Source: Amphiscolops sp. MND2022
Taxonomy: Eukaryota
Direction of reading: 5' to 3'
Assembly: GCA_964187785.1 (NCBI GenBank)
Contig: OZ076409.1
Span: forward strand, 2,418,001-2,482,000
DNA length: 64,000 nt
Both the position numbers and the translations under genes were made by a program. The stretch's first letter is position 1; each line of letters begins with the position of its first letter. The notes below the pieces were generated by a model. The model saw only the letters and a list, made by a program, of their open reading frames with translations. It searched no databases and was not told the origin of the DNA. Shown here one piece after another: positions 11,578-25,582 of this stretch.

Positions 11578-13906
11578 CTTCGAGCGACAGGTCCCGCAGC
11601 CATAATTGACTATCATCATGTGCATTTGAACCATATTACCAAGTTATTAGCTATGACGAATAGCTAAGGTTATATACGGCACGAGAATGCTCAAAATACA
11701 ATGAAACTGAAAAGAATTGCGGGTATTAATCCTATGAAGCTTAACTTTTTCGGCCTTTACCACTATATAAAAGGAAGGGCTGCCCTAGTTATCAATAGGA
11801 CGGTTGATATGTGACATCACTAGCAAGTATACTTTCAGTTCTAAAAATTAGCTGAATTGTGCATCAAACAACCTTCCAGCATCAGTGGACACCGTTGGAA
11901 ACGTATTCCAGAGGATGAATAACCTGTTAAAATTTGCGAATGGGGCAAAATCACGAAAAGATCCGAAATCATTTTTGTTTTCAATACAACGTAGTTGAAT
12001 ATCATTGCACAGCGAGGTGTGAATATAACTTAGTGTTGTCTTGATTTAATCGTTGCATATGACATCAAATCTCTCAGGAATATTGCGGTAATGCATAATA
12101 CCTTCTGTGCAGATATTCACTGGATAGAATACGTTAAGAACGGAAATTTCGCGGTTTTACGCTTCAAACAACCACATCATCAATAACTAATCAATCCACG
12201 AAAAAACAGGAATTTGAATAACCGATTTACCATTTGAATAAGAGATAATCTAATAACAGTCGAACCAAATGCTAATTTTGGACGTTACCTCGTAATGTGC
12301 TCATAAACCGGTTTTCTCGTTTCACTATTCCTCACAGAATAGTAGGCCCGCACCTTTAACGACCTGTGGGTGGTTTTCTCGTTTTACTGATTGCGATCCG
12401 AGTATTACTCGAAAAGAAGCAGAAGGCCCGCACCACGAACGACCTTTAATGTATGAAGTTTAATTGTTTGAGAAAAAACCCAAATTTGCGTAGAAAGACG
12501 TTCCACAGCGCATTTATCTCGTCTATTCGAGTACTTTCCGCATGCATCTAATTGCTTCGAGCTTTTCGCCTACAGTCTTAGGACTATATGGTTTGAGCGG
12601 AAATGATATGAGATCCCATTGAACCGATAACTAGTAAAAATCGGCTCATAAACTATTTCCGGAAGAATTTTCAATCGCAGTTTTTTCGACGGCAAATTCG
12701 CGTATCAATGAATTCTTTTATCCAGGCTAATATCACAGTCCTGAATGACGGTCAGTTCCTACACTGCCGCAGTTCCAAGTGGTTTGATTACAGGAAAGGA
12801 GCAAAGTCTGCAAAAAAATAAAAATTTGCCGTTTTCGTATTTCGTTATAAATACGCACCGGCCAAAAATTTCTGGAAAAACTGCTAAAGAACAAAATATT
12901 GCTGTTTTTCGAATCGTCTTGAAGCAATCCCTTGTGAGAAAACGGCCAAAAAAATCAAAAATGAACAGAACTATTAACAGAAAAAAGCTTGGAAAAAATT
13001 GGGAAAAAACGTAAATTTTCAGAATTTCAATCGCCATTTTCTCAACCACCAAAAAATGTAACACATTGAAACTTTAAACATGTGAAAGAAGTCGGATAGG
13101 ACGTATTTTATGCCGGGTCGACGTTGTTTGTAATGTAGAAATGAGCAAAATTAGTGAAAGCTCCAAAATTTTCGAAAAAAATTATGTTCGAAAAAAAATT
13201 TCGATATTGAATCGCTATTTTCTCACTGCCCGAAAATCCAACAACATTTAAATCTTCACCAACAAATTCAGTTCCAACAATTTGTTGAGTTTTTGGATGG
13301 TCTCGAAGTATTAGGCTCCGAGAAAATAGGCCAAAACTTTTACAAAATTGAATAAAGAGAGCAATTTATCAAAAATTCAAAAAATTTGAAAACTTTTTTG
13401 TCTCTATCTGTCCGACGTAATCGTTGTGACTTTCCAATTTCTAACTTTGGGCAGCTAAGCAGACCTGTTATCGAGTAGAAAGACCACTGCTTGGATTAGA
13501 ACTGATTGCTACTTGAAAAAAGGTTGAGAAATTTTTTATGCAAAAAAACCGAAAATTTTTCCTATTTTTAATGGTCATTTTCGCAAAGCCCAATAATTCT
13601 AGGATAAAAAAACTTTCACCAAATTAAAGAAAACATCGTTTTACGTCGGTTAGTACCTACATCGGGCCAATTCGCTGTGGTTTGCGAAAGGAAAAATAGC
13701 AAAATCGACAAAAACCCTAAATTTTCGAAAATTTCGCGCTTTCGAAGCTAATAAAATCGCGCCGGTGGAAAATTTTTGGAAAGTTTTTACACAGTTAGAA
13801 AGAGCATCAAGTTGCGTTTCTTTTTGGAAAGTTTGGATGGTCGCGGAAAAATAGGCTCTGAGGAAATAGCCTTCAATTAATACAAATGCAGAGGGTATGT
13901 CACGCG

Positions 13907-14060
13907 AAAAAAAAAACCAAAACGCTAGTAAACGCGGAACAATAGAGACTTCGTCGCTTCGTTTCGCTCGCTCGAAGCCTCAAAAAAAACCAAAACGCTA
14001 GTAAACGCGGAACAATAGAGACTTCGTCGCTTCGCTTCGCTCGCTCGAAGCCTCAAAAAA
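13907..14060. repeat. ~72-bp tandem duplication
   Basis: AAAAACCAAAACGCTAGTAAACGCGGAACAATAGAGACTTCGTCGCTTCG.TTCGCTCGCTCGAAGCCTC twice. Confidence 0.9.
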
Positions 14061-14847
14061 AGGCGCATAGAAAAAACAGCGGTCTTTAAAAAAACAAAAA
14101 TCGGATACAACGTGCTGGGCCTGAGAAAGCCTAATTTTAAGACAAAAATTATTCGATGTGAAAAATCTCACAATGCCGAAAACTGTAGAAAAAAGTGCCC
14201 GGGGGGGCACTTTGAGATTTTTTAACATCCATTCTGTTGCAAAATTTCAAAAAATTGAAGCGAGACTTGAAAAATTTTGCAAAAAAAACCAAAAAATGAG
14301 AATTTTCAACAGTCTCATAGTGCCGAAAAATCTGAAAAAAGGGACCCTTTGGGATTTTTTCACATTCGTTCTGTTGCAAAATACCAAAAAAATGAAGGGA
14401 GGAATCTTTGGTGACATGAAAAAAAATTGCAAAAAAAGCACAAAGCCGAAATAACATGCACAAAAAATTTTGGTCAAGGGCAAGACTTGAACCCACGTCC
14501 TTCTGCTTGGCAGACCTCAAATAATCCTAATTAACCTCTATGCCAAGTGCCAGAAGTTGCGACAAGTGCTGGAAGTTGGCCAACTGCCAGAAGTTGCCAC
14601 GGCCACAAATTCAAACTATGCGACTTGCGGTCTGAAACGAGAGTTGTCGCACGGAAAAAAAAGCACCCGCACTTTCTCATAACACTTGCTTATCGCAAGT
14701 GTAATGAAAAAACCACAAAAAAAGTCTCGAAAACCCTTTAGAAGTTAAAGTTTACTTCTGATATAACGTCAAAAGTTCGGCTACAGCGTGCTGGGACAAA
14801 TAGGAGCGCTTGTTTTGTATGTAGTCAAGTGTAGTTAGAATAGTTAC

Positions 14848-15014
14848 TTTGTAGGGTGATAAATTAGGAGGCCAGACAAATTGAGTGACGTCATCGTTGG
14901 TTGTTGCAGCCGCAGCAGTTGCCTCCATCACTGCAGCCAGAATGCGAGTCAGACCCAGTCCGTAACACCCCATTTGCATGCGAGACACATTCCCATTCAC
15001 ACCTCCTTGCTCGC
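14848..15014 (-). CDS. PARS2: PARS2 coding exon (class II motif 3)
   Basis: CCGTAG| acceptor in phase 1, AAA|GTAACT donor; MQMGCYGLGLTRILAAVME...WPPNLSPYK. Confidence 0.93.
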
Positions 15015-15350
15015 CTACGGTCATTTACATTATTGGTACAAGGAATCCATCAGTATTTTCCGCCCATATTATATGTATGTCGCGTTTTTTATACAAACTT
15101 CAACATACTCTAAGTTGTATTCAAAGAAAAACTCCATCCAGAGAATTCAACGGACAAAAACTTGGGTTCACAACGTATATTTTCAAAGATATTTGATCTT
15201 TTGTGAGAGAGTACCTAAAGCTGAACTTTTCAATTTTTTTGAGATCTTTTGAAAGTATGGTGCTAAAACCGCAGAGGGCGGAAAACATACCTGTTTGGAA
15301 GCGTTTTGTATTTTCATGTTATACTCGAAAAACCAGCATTCCCGAGTAAT

Positions 15351-15745
15351 AACCAGAGCATGTGCGGTAAAGGAATCGGATTAGGACTTTTTCCTTCTGA
15401 CTCGCTCGAATCCTTGTCATACGATTTTGATGGAATTGCACACATCAAGCGGTTCTTTCAAATCGTAGAGAGTTTTGAGAAAATCAAAAAATGTCCAAAA
15501 ATGACAGTTTTTTGGTAATTTTTCGGCTGATATTGTTTGTTTCTCAGATCCGCCATATGATTTTGATGCCTTGCACACATAGAACACTAAATGGTGTAAA
15601 ATGACTGTAGAAAATTAATCATATGAACAGTTTATGAGAAAGCCAAAAAATTCTGAAATGACCGACTTTGGTCATTCTTAGCTATGTTTGTCAGATCCCA
15701 GTCATACGATTTCAATGCCACTGCGCACGCAGGAGCACCTATAAC
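15351..15745 (-). mobile_element. Helentron-type family C fragment (satellite-bearing family)
   Basis: Starts AACCAGAGC..GCGGTAAAGGA.TCGG as at 50313 and 37672; contains diverged copies of the 172-bp unit. Confidence 0.55.
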
Positions 15746-15820
15746 CATCTATGGATTTTTGGTAAAAAGACACTATTTTTTGGCATCCTTCATTTAGAAC
15801 CAAAAGGTCGCAACTTTTAA

Positions 15821-16350
15821 CACTAATTGACCTGGGCGTTTTTGCAAATTTTCAAAAATTCGGATTAAAAATTTTAAATCATTATTATCTCCACAACTAC
15901 GTGTACCAGAGAAACGAACTATAGCGCGTTTGAAAGGTCTGGTATTGGGCTTTCATTTTGGTCTGGTGAGTCCCTGTCGCCGCGCGCCCCTTCCTTCAGA
16001 AGCGCGGGGGCTTGTAGTAACAACTGAATATTATTGGGATTTGTTGCGTAAGAACATGTTGTGCAAGTGTATGGGGTTGGTTTTTGCTATGGGTGAAAAT
16101 TGTTTTGAGAAAACTGGATTTTACCAAAAACGGAAATTTGGAAAAAAGTGAACATTTTTTGTGCAAAAAATTACTTTTTTTCTCAGTTTTGGAGACATAT
16201 TCACTTTAATTAATGCCTGGGCCATTCAAACCAATCTAGGTATCAATGAACTGTTGAATGAAAACTGTCAGAGAATATGGGCTGCTGGCAAACGGAATCA
16301 GAAATTGAAAAAATGGTGACTGCTTTAAAGTACTACCAGGTTAATTAGGG
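15821..16350. mobile_element. piggyBac-like MITE
   Basis: TTAA on both sides; TIR CACTAATTGACCTGG / CCAGGTTAATTAGGG; a reverse-oriented relative lies at 41475-41990. Confidence 0.75.
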
Positions 16351-16423
16351 TTAATCAATTTGTAATAAAATTTATACTCTCATTAACATTCAAGTTACAA
16401 CTACAAAGAAGATTGCTGCATAC

Positions 16424-16574
16424 CTTGTAGGGTGCATTTGAAGACAGAACTGTATTTGTCGCCCAAAATGAACGTGTGACCCAATTCGATTGTTTGGTGA
16501 CTGGAGGGAGTGCCAGAACCACTGGTTTTAGCAAGCGATGACTCAACTTCCGGGTGGAAAAAGGTGTCCGAATC
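16424..16574 (-). CDS. PARS2: PARS2 coding exon
   Basis: TTTTGTCTAG| acceptor, CAAG|GTATGC donor (phase 1); DSDTFFHPEVESSLAKTSGSGTPSSHQTIELGHTFILGDKYSSVFKCTLQ matches GIEVGHTFYLGTKYSS. Confidence 0.92.
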
Positions 16575-17174
16575 CTAGACAAAAACCCAATATAAAAGTT
16601 ACAGAAACACCATAGTTCGAAAGTTCACATCATTTAGTGGACTAATTCCTGCTGTTGAATGAAAATCCGCATCCAGTTCGTTTCCACCGAAACTTTCGTA
16701 GCAACACATGATATTTAAAGAATACCGAAAGCGAGTGCGTTATGTTTATTGACGACACGAGAATGACGTGACAGGAGAATGACAGGAGAAAAATGACGTA
16801 AAGAACGTCTATCTTAACCTGACGTTGACTTATATCATTTTTTGTTCACTCCCAGACATGATTTTGATGTCAAAAGTGCTCTATTGGACCTTCGGTGGTG
16901 ACTAAATCACCACGATGATTTACGCGCTTCATTCGCTTTTAAAAATGTTGTTTTACATACTGGGTCGAATCCAAGGCCGTTCGTGGTGCGAGCCTTCTGA
17001 TTCGTTCACAGAACAACTGTGTGCGTTATTAGTAAAACGGAAAACCACCCCAGGTCGTTTAAGGTGCGGGCCTACTATTCCGTGAGGAATAGTGAAACGA
17101 GAAAACCGGTTTTTGATGTCATGATCGAAGTTACGTATCTGTAAACGTTTTTGTTTATCCATTAAATTATGAGT

Positions 17175-17468
17175 TTCTTAGGTTTAGGTCAAGTTTCTTT
17201 TGCTTGTGTTTTTCCGGCTTAGGTTACCAGGAATAAATTTCTTAGGATTACATTTCTTAGGTTTATATCTCTTAGGCTTAGGTTTCTTAGGATCATATTT
17301 CTTACGATTAGCTTTCTTAGGCTTAGGTTTCTTATGATTAGGTTACTTAGGCTTAGGTTTCTTAGGCTTACGTTTCTAAGATTTAGGTGTCTTAGGCTTA
17401 GGTGTCTTCGGCTTAGGTGGGTTAGGCTTAGGTTTTCTAAATTGGTTCTTGGGTTTAGGTTTCATAGG
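17175..17468 (+). repeat. Degenerate TTAGG(C/T)-rich simple repeat, present in each array unit
   Basis: Many TTAGGC / TTAGGT / TTTCTTAGG motifs in tandem. Confidence 0.85.
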
Positions 17469-18029
17469 CCAACTAACATTTTAAATTATGTTTTCATTTT
17501 TACAGGATCAGCAGCTCTTCGTCTTCGAGCCCAGCTGCAGCAGGGGAAAGAAATGAACATTTTCAAGATAATCTTCAAGAATGTGAACAGTTGATCATTT
17601 CTATTTCAAGAGTGTTCAAGAAAAATTCAAGATTCAGCTTTCAATCTTTTTTTTTACAAGAGTGTGCCGAAAGAAGGATTTCCAAGAGTGTGCCAGAAAG
17701 GAAGAAATCAAGCTTCAGCAGCCACATTTTTTTTTAAAAAAAAGCGTTACGGATCCAAATTTTCTCAATCACTAAATTTATTCTAAAACCAATATTTCAT
17801 TTTTTGGTTATTATCAAATAACATTCTACTTTCCTTACTTTTAAAGAAAAAAATAATAATGTTAACGTTGTTATTCTCATTCCACGTCAGTTGTAATATA
17901 ACAAAACCTCAAGCTCAGATATTGATTCAGCCCGCTAATACTGAAGCAATATTTTTCATTTGACGATTTTGGTTTTATGGAATTTTGACCATGATTAAAG
18001 AGTCTCCGTTTTCAGTTATTCTCTCCTTT

Positions 18030-18631
18030 ATGGTCAAGGTATTGGTTATTGGTGATAGTCACCATGAAAGAATCAGGATAAGTAATTTGAACTTTGCAGC
18101 AGACGTTGACGCTCGTGGCGGAAAAAAAGCCCATCATCTCTCGGAAAACACTTTTAACACCATTTTAAAAAATACGATGCAATCTTTGTTCTCCTTGGTG
18201 GCAATGGCGTTCACTCTCATGATTACTATAACCCTAACCCAAAAACGTCAACGGAAACGGCTGAACAATTAATCAGTAGTCAATTTGTTCTAGAAACACT
18301 GCATTTGGTTCTGTTCAAATTCACTTATGAAGAAATGTCGAAAATTCTAGCCACAACATTTATCTGAAATATTTGACTTTTCTATTTTTAAAAAAATCAT
18401 AAATGGTTCTTCTCTTAAATTTACTACTGTATAAGAACTTCAACGCTTCTGCAATGAGGACTGCATGAAGATTGTTACATCTTTGGTGTTCTGCCGCGAC
18501 TGGACTGCCCGGAGATACCCCAATTAAATGAGCTGCTATTTAAAAGCATTCATTCAAATTTTGTTGGATCTGCAAAAATTGTGGAAATTAGCCATGTTGA
18601 CAAGCGAGATCGTGTGCATTTGAGAAAATGA
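18030..18631 (+). pseudogene. SGNH/GDSL hydrolase pseudogene, array unit 1
   Basis: Block I VLVIGDSH, block II RGG, block III IFVLLGGN (after a frameshift in an A-run), probable intron, then IFGVLPR..LNELL..DKRDRVHL (block V DxxH). Confidence 0.75.
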
Positions 18632-20475
18632 GTATTATGAACTGACAACGCTCATTAACAAACTTTACAAAGATGCCTATACTGATGACTCAGATGAATA
18701 AAACGAAACATTTGTAAAATTCAATCTTTTCTTCCCGTAAAGTTATGGTTCAGAAAATTTTTTTTACAAATCACATTTTTATTTGATCCTGTTATGTAGT
18801 TCACATTGGTAAGACGTGTAAACCTAACCCTAGTAGTTTCTTCTCTCGAAATCCCCAAAAACTTCAAACATTTCTCAGTTTTTTTGTATCGATAACGTTC
18901 CATAAAAACTGCAGGTGTCTACACTAATTTGATGCTTTTAAGCAATTAACAATTTCATTTATACTCATCTGAAACAATTTTGTTGAATTTGGCGTCTCAT
19001 CCATTCGAACTTCAGTAAAGTGGCAGAAATTTAGTTACTTAGCAATGAAATATGTTTTACATCATTCTCAGTTTCGAAAAGAATGAAATAAAATATGGTG
19101 TCGGGTGAAAAAAGGTGTCCGAATCCTAGACAAAAACCCAATATAAAAGTTACAGAAACACCATAGTTCGAAAGTTCACATCATTTAGTGGACTAATTCC
19201 TGCTGTTGAATGAAAATCCGCATCCAGTTCGTTTCCACCGAAACTTTCGTAGCAACACATGATATTTAAAGAATACCGAAAGCGAGTGCGTTATGTTTAT
19301 TGACGACACGAGAATGACGTGACAGGAGAATGACAGGAGAAAAATGACGTAAAGAACGTCTATCTTAACCTGACGTTGACTTATATCATTTTTTGTTCAC
19401 TCCCAGACATGATTTTGATGTCAAAAGTGCTCTATTGGACCTTCGGTGGTGACTAAATCACCACGATGATTTACGCGCTTCATTCGCTTTTAAAAATGTT
19501 GTTTTACATACTGGGTCGAATCCAAGGCCGTTCGTGGTGCGAGCCTTCTGATTCGTTCACAGAACAACTGTGTGCGTTATTAGTAAAACGGAAAACCACC
19601 CCAGGTCGTTTAAGGTGCGGGCCTACTATTCCGTGAGGAATAGTGAAACGAGAAAACCGGTTTTTGATGTCATGATCGAAGTTACGTATCCGTAAACGTT
19701 TTTGTTTATCCATTAAATTATGAGTTTCTTGAGTTTAGGTCAAGTTTCTTTTGCTTGTGTTTTTCCGGCTTAGGTTACCAGGAATAAATTTCTTAGGATT
19801 ACATTTCTTAGGTTTATATCTCTTAGGCTTAGGTTTCTTAGGATCATATTTCTTACGATTAGCTTTCTTAGGCTTAGGTTTTCTAAATTGGTTCTTGGGT
19901 TTAGGTTTCATAGGCCAACTAACATTTTAAATTATGTTTTCATTTTTACAGGATCAGCAGCTCTTCGTCTTCGAGCCCAGCTGCAGCAGGGGAAAGAAAT
20001 GAACATTTTCAAGATAATCTTCAAGAATGTGAACAGTTGATCATTTCTATTTCAAGAGTGTTCAAGAAAAATTCAAGATTCAGCTTTCAATCTTTTTTTT
20101 TACAAGAGTGTGCCGAAAGAAGGATTTCCAAGAGTGTGCCAGAAAGGAAGAAATCAAGCTTCAGCAGCCACATTTTTTTAAAAAAAAAAGCGTTACGGAT
20201 CCAAATTTTCTCAATCACTAAATTTATTCTAAAACCAATATTTCATTTTTTGGTTATTATCAAATAACATTCTACTTTCCTTACTTTTAAAGAAAAAAAT
20301 AATAATGTTAACGTTGTTATTCTCATTCCACGTCAGTTGTAATATAACAAAACCTCAAGCTCAGATATTGATTCAGCCCGCTAATACTGAAGCAATATTT
20401 TTCATTTGACGATTTTGGTTTTATGGAATTTTGACCATGATTAAAGAGTCTCCGTTTTCAGTTATTCTCTCCTTT

Positions 20476-21077
20476 ATGGTCAAGGTATTGGTTATTGGTG
20501 ATAGTCACCATGAAAGAATCAGGATAAGTAATTTGAACTTTGCAGCAGACGTTGACGCTCGTGGCGGAAAAAAAGCCCATCATCTCTCGGAAAACACTTT
20601 TAACACCATTTTAAAAAATACGATGCAATCTTTGTTCTCCTTGGTGGCAATGGCGTTCACTCTCATGATTACTATAACCCTAACCCAAAAACGTCAACGG
20701 AAACGGCTGAACAATTAATCAGTAGTCAATTTGTTCTAGAAACACTGCATTTGGTTCTGTTCAAATTCACTTATGAAGAAATGTCGAAAATTCTAGCCAC
20801 AACATTTATCTGAAATATTTGACTTTTCTATTTTTAAAAAAATCATAAATGGTTCTTCTCTTAAATTTACTACTGTATAAGAACTTCAACGCTTCTGCAA
20901 TGAGGACTGCATGAAGATTGTTACATCTTTGGTGTTCTGCCGCGACTGGACTGCCCGGAGATACCCCAATTAAATGAGCTGCTATTTAAAAGCATTCATT
21001 CAAATTTTGTTGGATCTGCAAAAATTGTGGAAATTAGCCATGTTGACAAGCGAGATCGTGTGCATTTGAGAAAATGA
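20476..21077 (+). pseudogene. SGNH hydrolase pseudogene, array unit 2
   Basis: Copy of 18030-18631 with the same frameshift. Confidence 0.75.
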
Positions 21078-23026
21078 GTATTATGAACTGACAACGCTCA
21101 TTAACAAACTTTACAAAGATGCCTATACTGATGACTCAGATGAATAAAACGAAACATTTGTAAAATTCAATCTTTTCTTCCCGTAAAGTTATGGTTCAGA
21201 AAATTTTTTTTACAAATCACATTTTTATTTGATCCTGTTATGTAGTTCACATTGGTAAGACGTGTAAACCTAACCCTAGTAGTTTCTTCTCTCGAAATCC
21301 CCAAAAACTTCAATTTCTCAGTTTTTTTTGTATCGATAACGTTCCATAAAAACTGCAGGTGTCTACACTAATTTGATGCTTTTAAGCAATTAACAATTTC
21401 ATTTATACTCATCTGAAACAATTTTGTTGAATTTGGCGTCTCATCCATTCGAACTTCAGTAAAGTGGCAGAAATTTAGTTACTTAGCAATGAAATATCTG
21501 TTTTACATCATTCTCAGTTTCGAAAAGAATGAAATAAAATATGGTGTCGGGTGAAAAAAGGTGTCCGAATCCTAGACAAAAACCCAATATAAAAGTTACA
21601 GAAACACCATAGTTCGAAAGTTCACATCATTTAGTGGACTAATTCCTGCTGTTGAATGAAAATCCGCATCCAGTTCGTTTCCACCGAAACTTTCGTAGCA
21701 ACACATGATATTTAAAGAATACCGAAAGCGAGTGCGTTATGTTTATTGACGACACGAGAATGACGTGACAGGAGAATGACAGGAGAAAAATGACGTAAAG
21801 AACGTCTATCTTAACCTGACGTAGACTTATGTCATTTTTTGTTCACTCCCAGACATGATTTTGATGTCAAAAGTGCTCTATTGGACCTTCGGTGGTGACT
21901 AAATCACCACGATGATTTACGCGCTTCATTCGCTTTTAAAAATGTTGTTTTACATACTGGGTCGAATCCAAGGCCGTTCGTGGTGCGAGCCTTCTGATTC
22001 GTTCACAGAACAACTGTGTGCGTTATTAGTAAAACGGAAAACCACCCCAGGTCGTTTAAGGTGCGGGCCTACTATTCCGTGAGGAATAGTGAAACGAGAA
22101 AACCGGTTTTTGATGTCATGATCGAAGTTACGTATCCGTAAACGTTTTTGTTTATCCATTAAATTATGAGTTTCTTAGGTTTAGGTCAAGTTTCTTTTGC
22201 TTGTGTTTTTCCGGCTTAGGTTACCAGGAATAAATTTCTTAGGATTACATTTCTTAGGTTTATATCTCTTAGGCTTAGGTTTCTCAGGATCATATTTCTT
22301 ACGATTAGCTTTCTTAGGCTTAGGTTTCTTATGATTAGGTTACTTAGGCTTAGGTTTCTTAGGCTTACGTTTCTAAGATTTAGGTGTCTTAGGCTTAGGT
22401 GTCTTCGGCTTAGGTGGGTTAGGCTTAGGTTTTCTAAATTGGTTCTTGGGTTTAGGTTTCATAGGCCAACTAACATTTTAAATTATGTTTTCATTTTTAC
22501 AGGATCAGCAGCTCTTCGTCTTCGAGCCCAGCTGCAGCAGGGGAAAGAAATGAACATTTTCAAGATAATCTTCAAGAATGTGAACAGTTGATCATTTCTA
22601 TTTCAAGAGTGTTCAAGAAAAATTCAAGATTCAGCTTTCAATCTTTTTTTTACAAGAGTGTGCCGAAAGAAGGATTTCCAAGAGTGTGCCAGAAAGGAAG
22701 AAATCAAGCTTCAGCAGCCACATTTTTTTTAAAAAAAAAAGCGTTACGGATCCAAATTTTCTCAATCACTAAATTTATTCTAAAACCAATATTTCATTTT
22801 TTGGTTATTATCAAATAACATTCTACTTTCCTTACTTTTAAAGAAAAAAATAATAATGTTAACGTTGTTATTCTCATTCCACGTCAGTTGTAATATAACA
22901 AAACCTCAAGCTCAGATATTGATTCAGCCCGCTAATACTGAAGCAATATTTTTCATTTGACGATTTTGGTTTTATGGAATTTTGACCATGATTAAAGAGT
23001 CTCCGTTTTCAGTTATTCTCTCCTTT

Positions 23027-23628
23027 ATGGTCAAGGTATTGGTTATTGGTGATAGTCACCATGAAAGAATCAGGATAAGTAATTTGAACTTTGCAGCAGA
23101 CGTTGACGCTCGTGGCGGAAAAAAAGCCCATCATCTCTCGGAAAACACTTTTAACACCATTTTAAAAAATACGATGCAATCTTTGTTCTCCTTGGTGGCA
23201 ATGGCGTTCACTCTCATGATTACTATAACCCTAACCCAAAAACGTCAACGGAAACGGCTGAACAATTGATCAGTAGTCAATTTGTTCTAGAAACACTGCA
23301 TTTGGTTCTGTTCAAATTCACTTATGAAGAAATGTCGAAAATTCTAGCCACAACATTTATCTGAAATATTTGACTTTTCTATTTTTAAAAAAATCATAAA
23401 TGGTTCTTCTCTTAAATTTACTACTGTATAAGAACTTCAACGCTTCTGCAATGAGGACTGCATGAAGATTGTTACATCTTTGGTGTTCTGCCGCGACTGG
23501 ACTGCCCGGAGATACCCCAATTAAATGAGCTGCTATTTAAAAGCATTCATTCAAATTTTGTTGGATCTGCAAAAATTGTGGAAATTAGCCATGTTGACAA
23601 GCGAGATCGTGTGCATTTGAGAAAATGA
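23027..23628 (+). pseudogene. SGNH hydrolase pseudogene, array unit 3
   Basis: Copy of 18030-18631 with the same frameshift. Confidence 0.75.
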
Positions 23629-25582
23629 GTATTATGAACTGACAACGCTCATTAACAAACTTTACAAAGATGCCTATACTGATGACTCAGATGAATAAAA
23701 CGAAACATTTGTAAAATTCAATCTTTTCTTCCCGTAAAGTTATGGTTCAGAAAATTTTTTTTACAAATCACATTTTTATTTGATCCTGTTATGTAGTTCA
23801 CATTGGTAAGACGTGTAAACCTAACCCTAGTAGTTTCTTCTCTCGAAACCCCCAAAAACTCCAAACATTTCTCAGTTTTTTTGTATCGATAACGTTCCAT
23901 AAAAACTGCAGGTGTCTACACTAATTTGATGCTTTTAAGCAATTAACAATTTCATTTATACTCATCTGAAACAATTTTGTTGAATTTGGCGTCTCATCCA
24001 TTCGAACTTCAGTAAAGTGACAGAAATTTAGTTACTTAGCAATGAAATATCTGTTTTACATCATTCTCAGTTTCGAAAAGAATGAAATAAAATATGGTGT
24101 CGGGTGAAAAAAGGTGTCCGAATCCTAGAAAAAAACCCAATATAAAAGTTACAGAAACACCATAGTTCGAAAGTTCACACCATTTAGTGGACTAAATCCT
24201 GCTGTTGAATGAAATTCCGCATCAGGTTCGTTTCCACCGAAACTTTCGTAGCAATACATGATGTTTATGGAATACCGAAAGCGAGTGCGTAATGTTTATT
24301 GACGACACGAGAATGACGTGACAGGAGAATGACAGGAGAAAAATGACTTAAAGAGGGTCTCTCTATCTTAACCTGACGTTGACTTGTTATTTTTTGTTCA
24401 CTCCCACAGACACGATTTTGATGTCAGAAGTGCTTCATTGAACCTTCGGTCGTGACTAACTCTTTCCCACGATGATTTACGCGCTTCATTCGCTTTTAAA
24501 AATGTTGTTTTACATACTGGGTCGAATCCAAGGCCGTTCGTGGTGCGGGCCTTCTGATTCGTTCACAGAACAACTGTGTTCGTTATTAGTAAAACGGAAA
24601 ACCACCCCAGGTCGTTTAAGGTGCGGGCCTACTATTCCGTGAGGAATAGTGAAACGAGAAAACCGGTTTTTGATGTCATGATCGAAGTTACGTATCCGTA
24701 AACGTTTTTGTTTATCCATTAAATTATGGCTTTCTCAGGTTTAGGTCAAGATTCTTTTGCTTGTGTTTTTTCGGCTTAGGTTACCAGGAATGAATTTCTT
24801 AGGATTACATTTCTTAGGTTTATATCTCTTAGGCTTAGGTTTCTTAGGATCATATTTCTTACGATTAGCTTTCTTAGGCTTAGATTTCTTATGATTAGGT
24901 TACTTAGGCTTAGGTTTCTTAGGCTTACGTTTCTAAGATTTAGGTGTCTTAGGCTTAGGTGTCTTCGGCTTAGGTGGGTTAGGCTTAGGTTTTCTAAATT
25001 GGTTCTTGGGTTTAGGTTTCATAGGCCAACTAACATTTTAAATTATGTTTTCATTTTTACAGGATCAGCAGCTCTTCGTCTTCGAGCCCAGCTGCAGCAG
25101 GGGAAAGAAATGAACATTTTCAAGATAATCTTCAAGAATGTGAACAGTTAATCATTTCTATTTCAAGAGTGTTCAAGAAAAATTCAAGATTCAGCTTTCA
25201 ATCTTTTTTACAAGAGTGTGCTTAAAGAAGGATTTCCAAGAGTGTGCCAGAAATGAAGAAATCAAGCTTCAGCAGCCACATTTTTTTTAAAAAAAGCGTT
25301 ACTGATCCAAATTTTCTCAATCACTAAATTTATTCTAAAACCAATATTTCATTTTTTGGTTATTATCAAATAACATTCTACTTTCCTTACTTTTAAAGAA
25401 AAAAAATAATAATGTTAACGTTGTTATTCTCATTCCACGTCAGTTGTAATATAACAAAACCTCAAGCTCAGATATTGATTCAGCCCGCTAATACTGAAGC
25501 AATATTTTTCATTTGACGATTTTGGTTTTATGGAATTTTGACCATGATTAAAGAGTCTCCGTTTTCAGTTATTCTCTCCTTT

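Noticed and set aside
16551..16574. Idea that the exon start was donated by a transposon inserted into the exon
   Set aside because: The 24 nt are in frame, give the expected spacing to the IELGH motif, and no orphan exon half was found on the far side
17334..17594. Arg/Leu-rich ORF MIRLLRLRFLRL
   Set aside because: Translation of the TTAGG-like simple repeat
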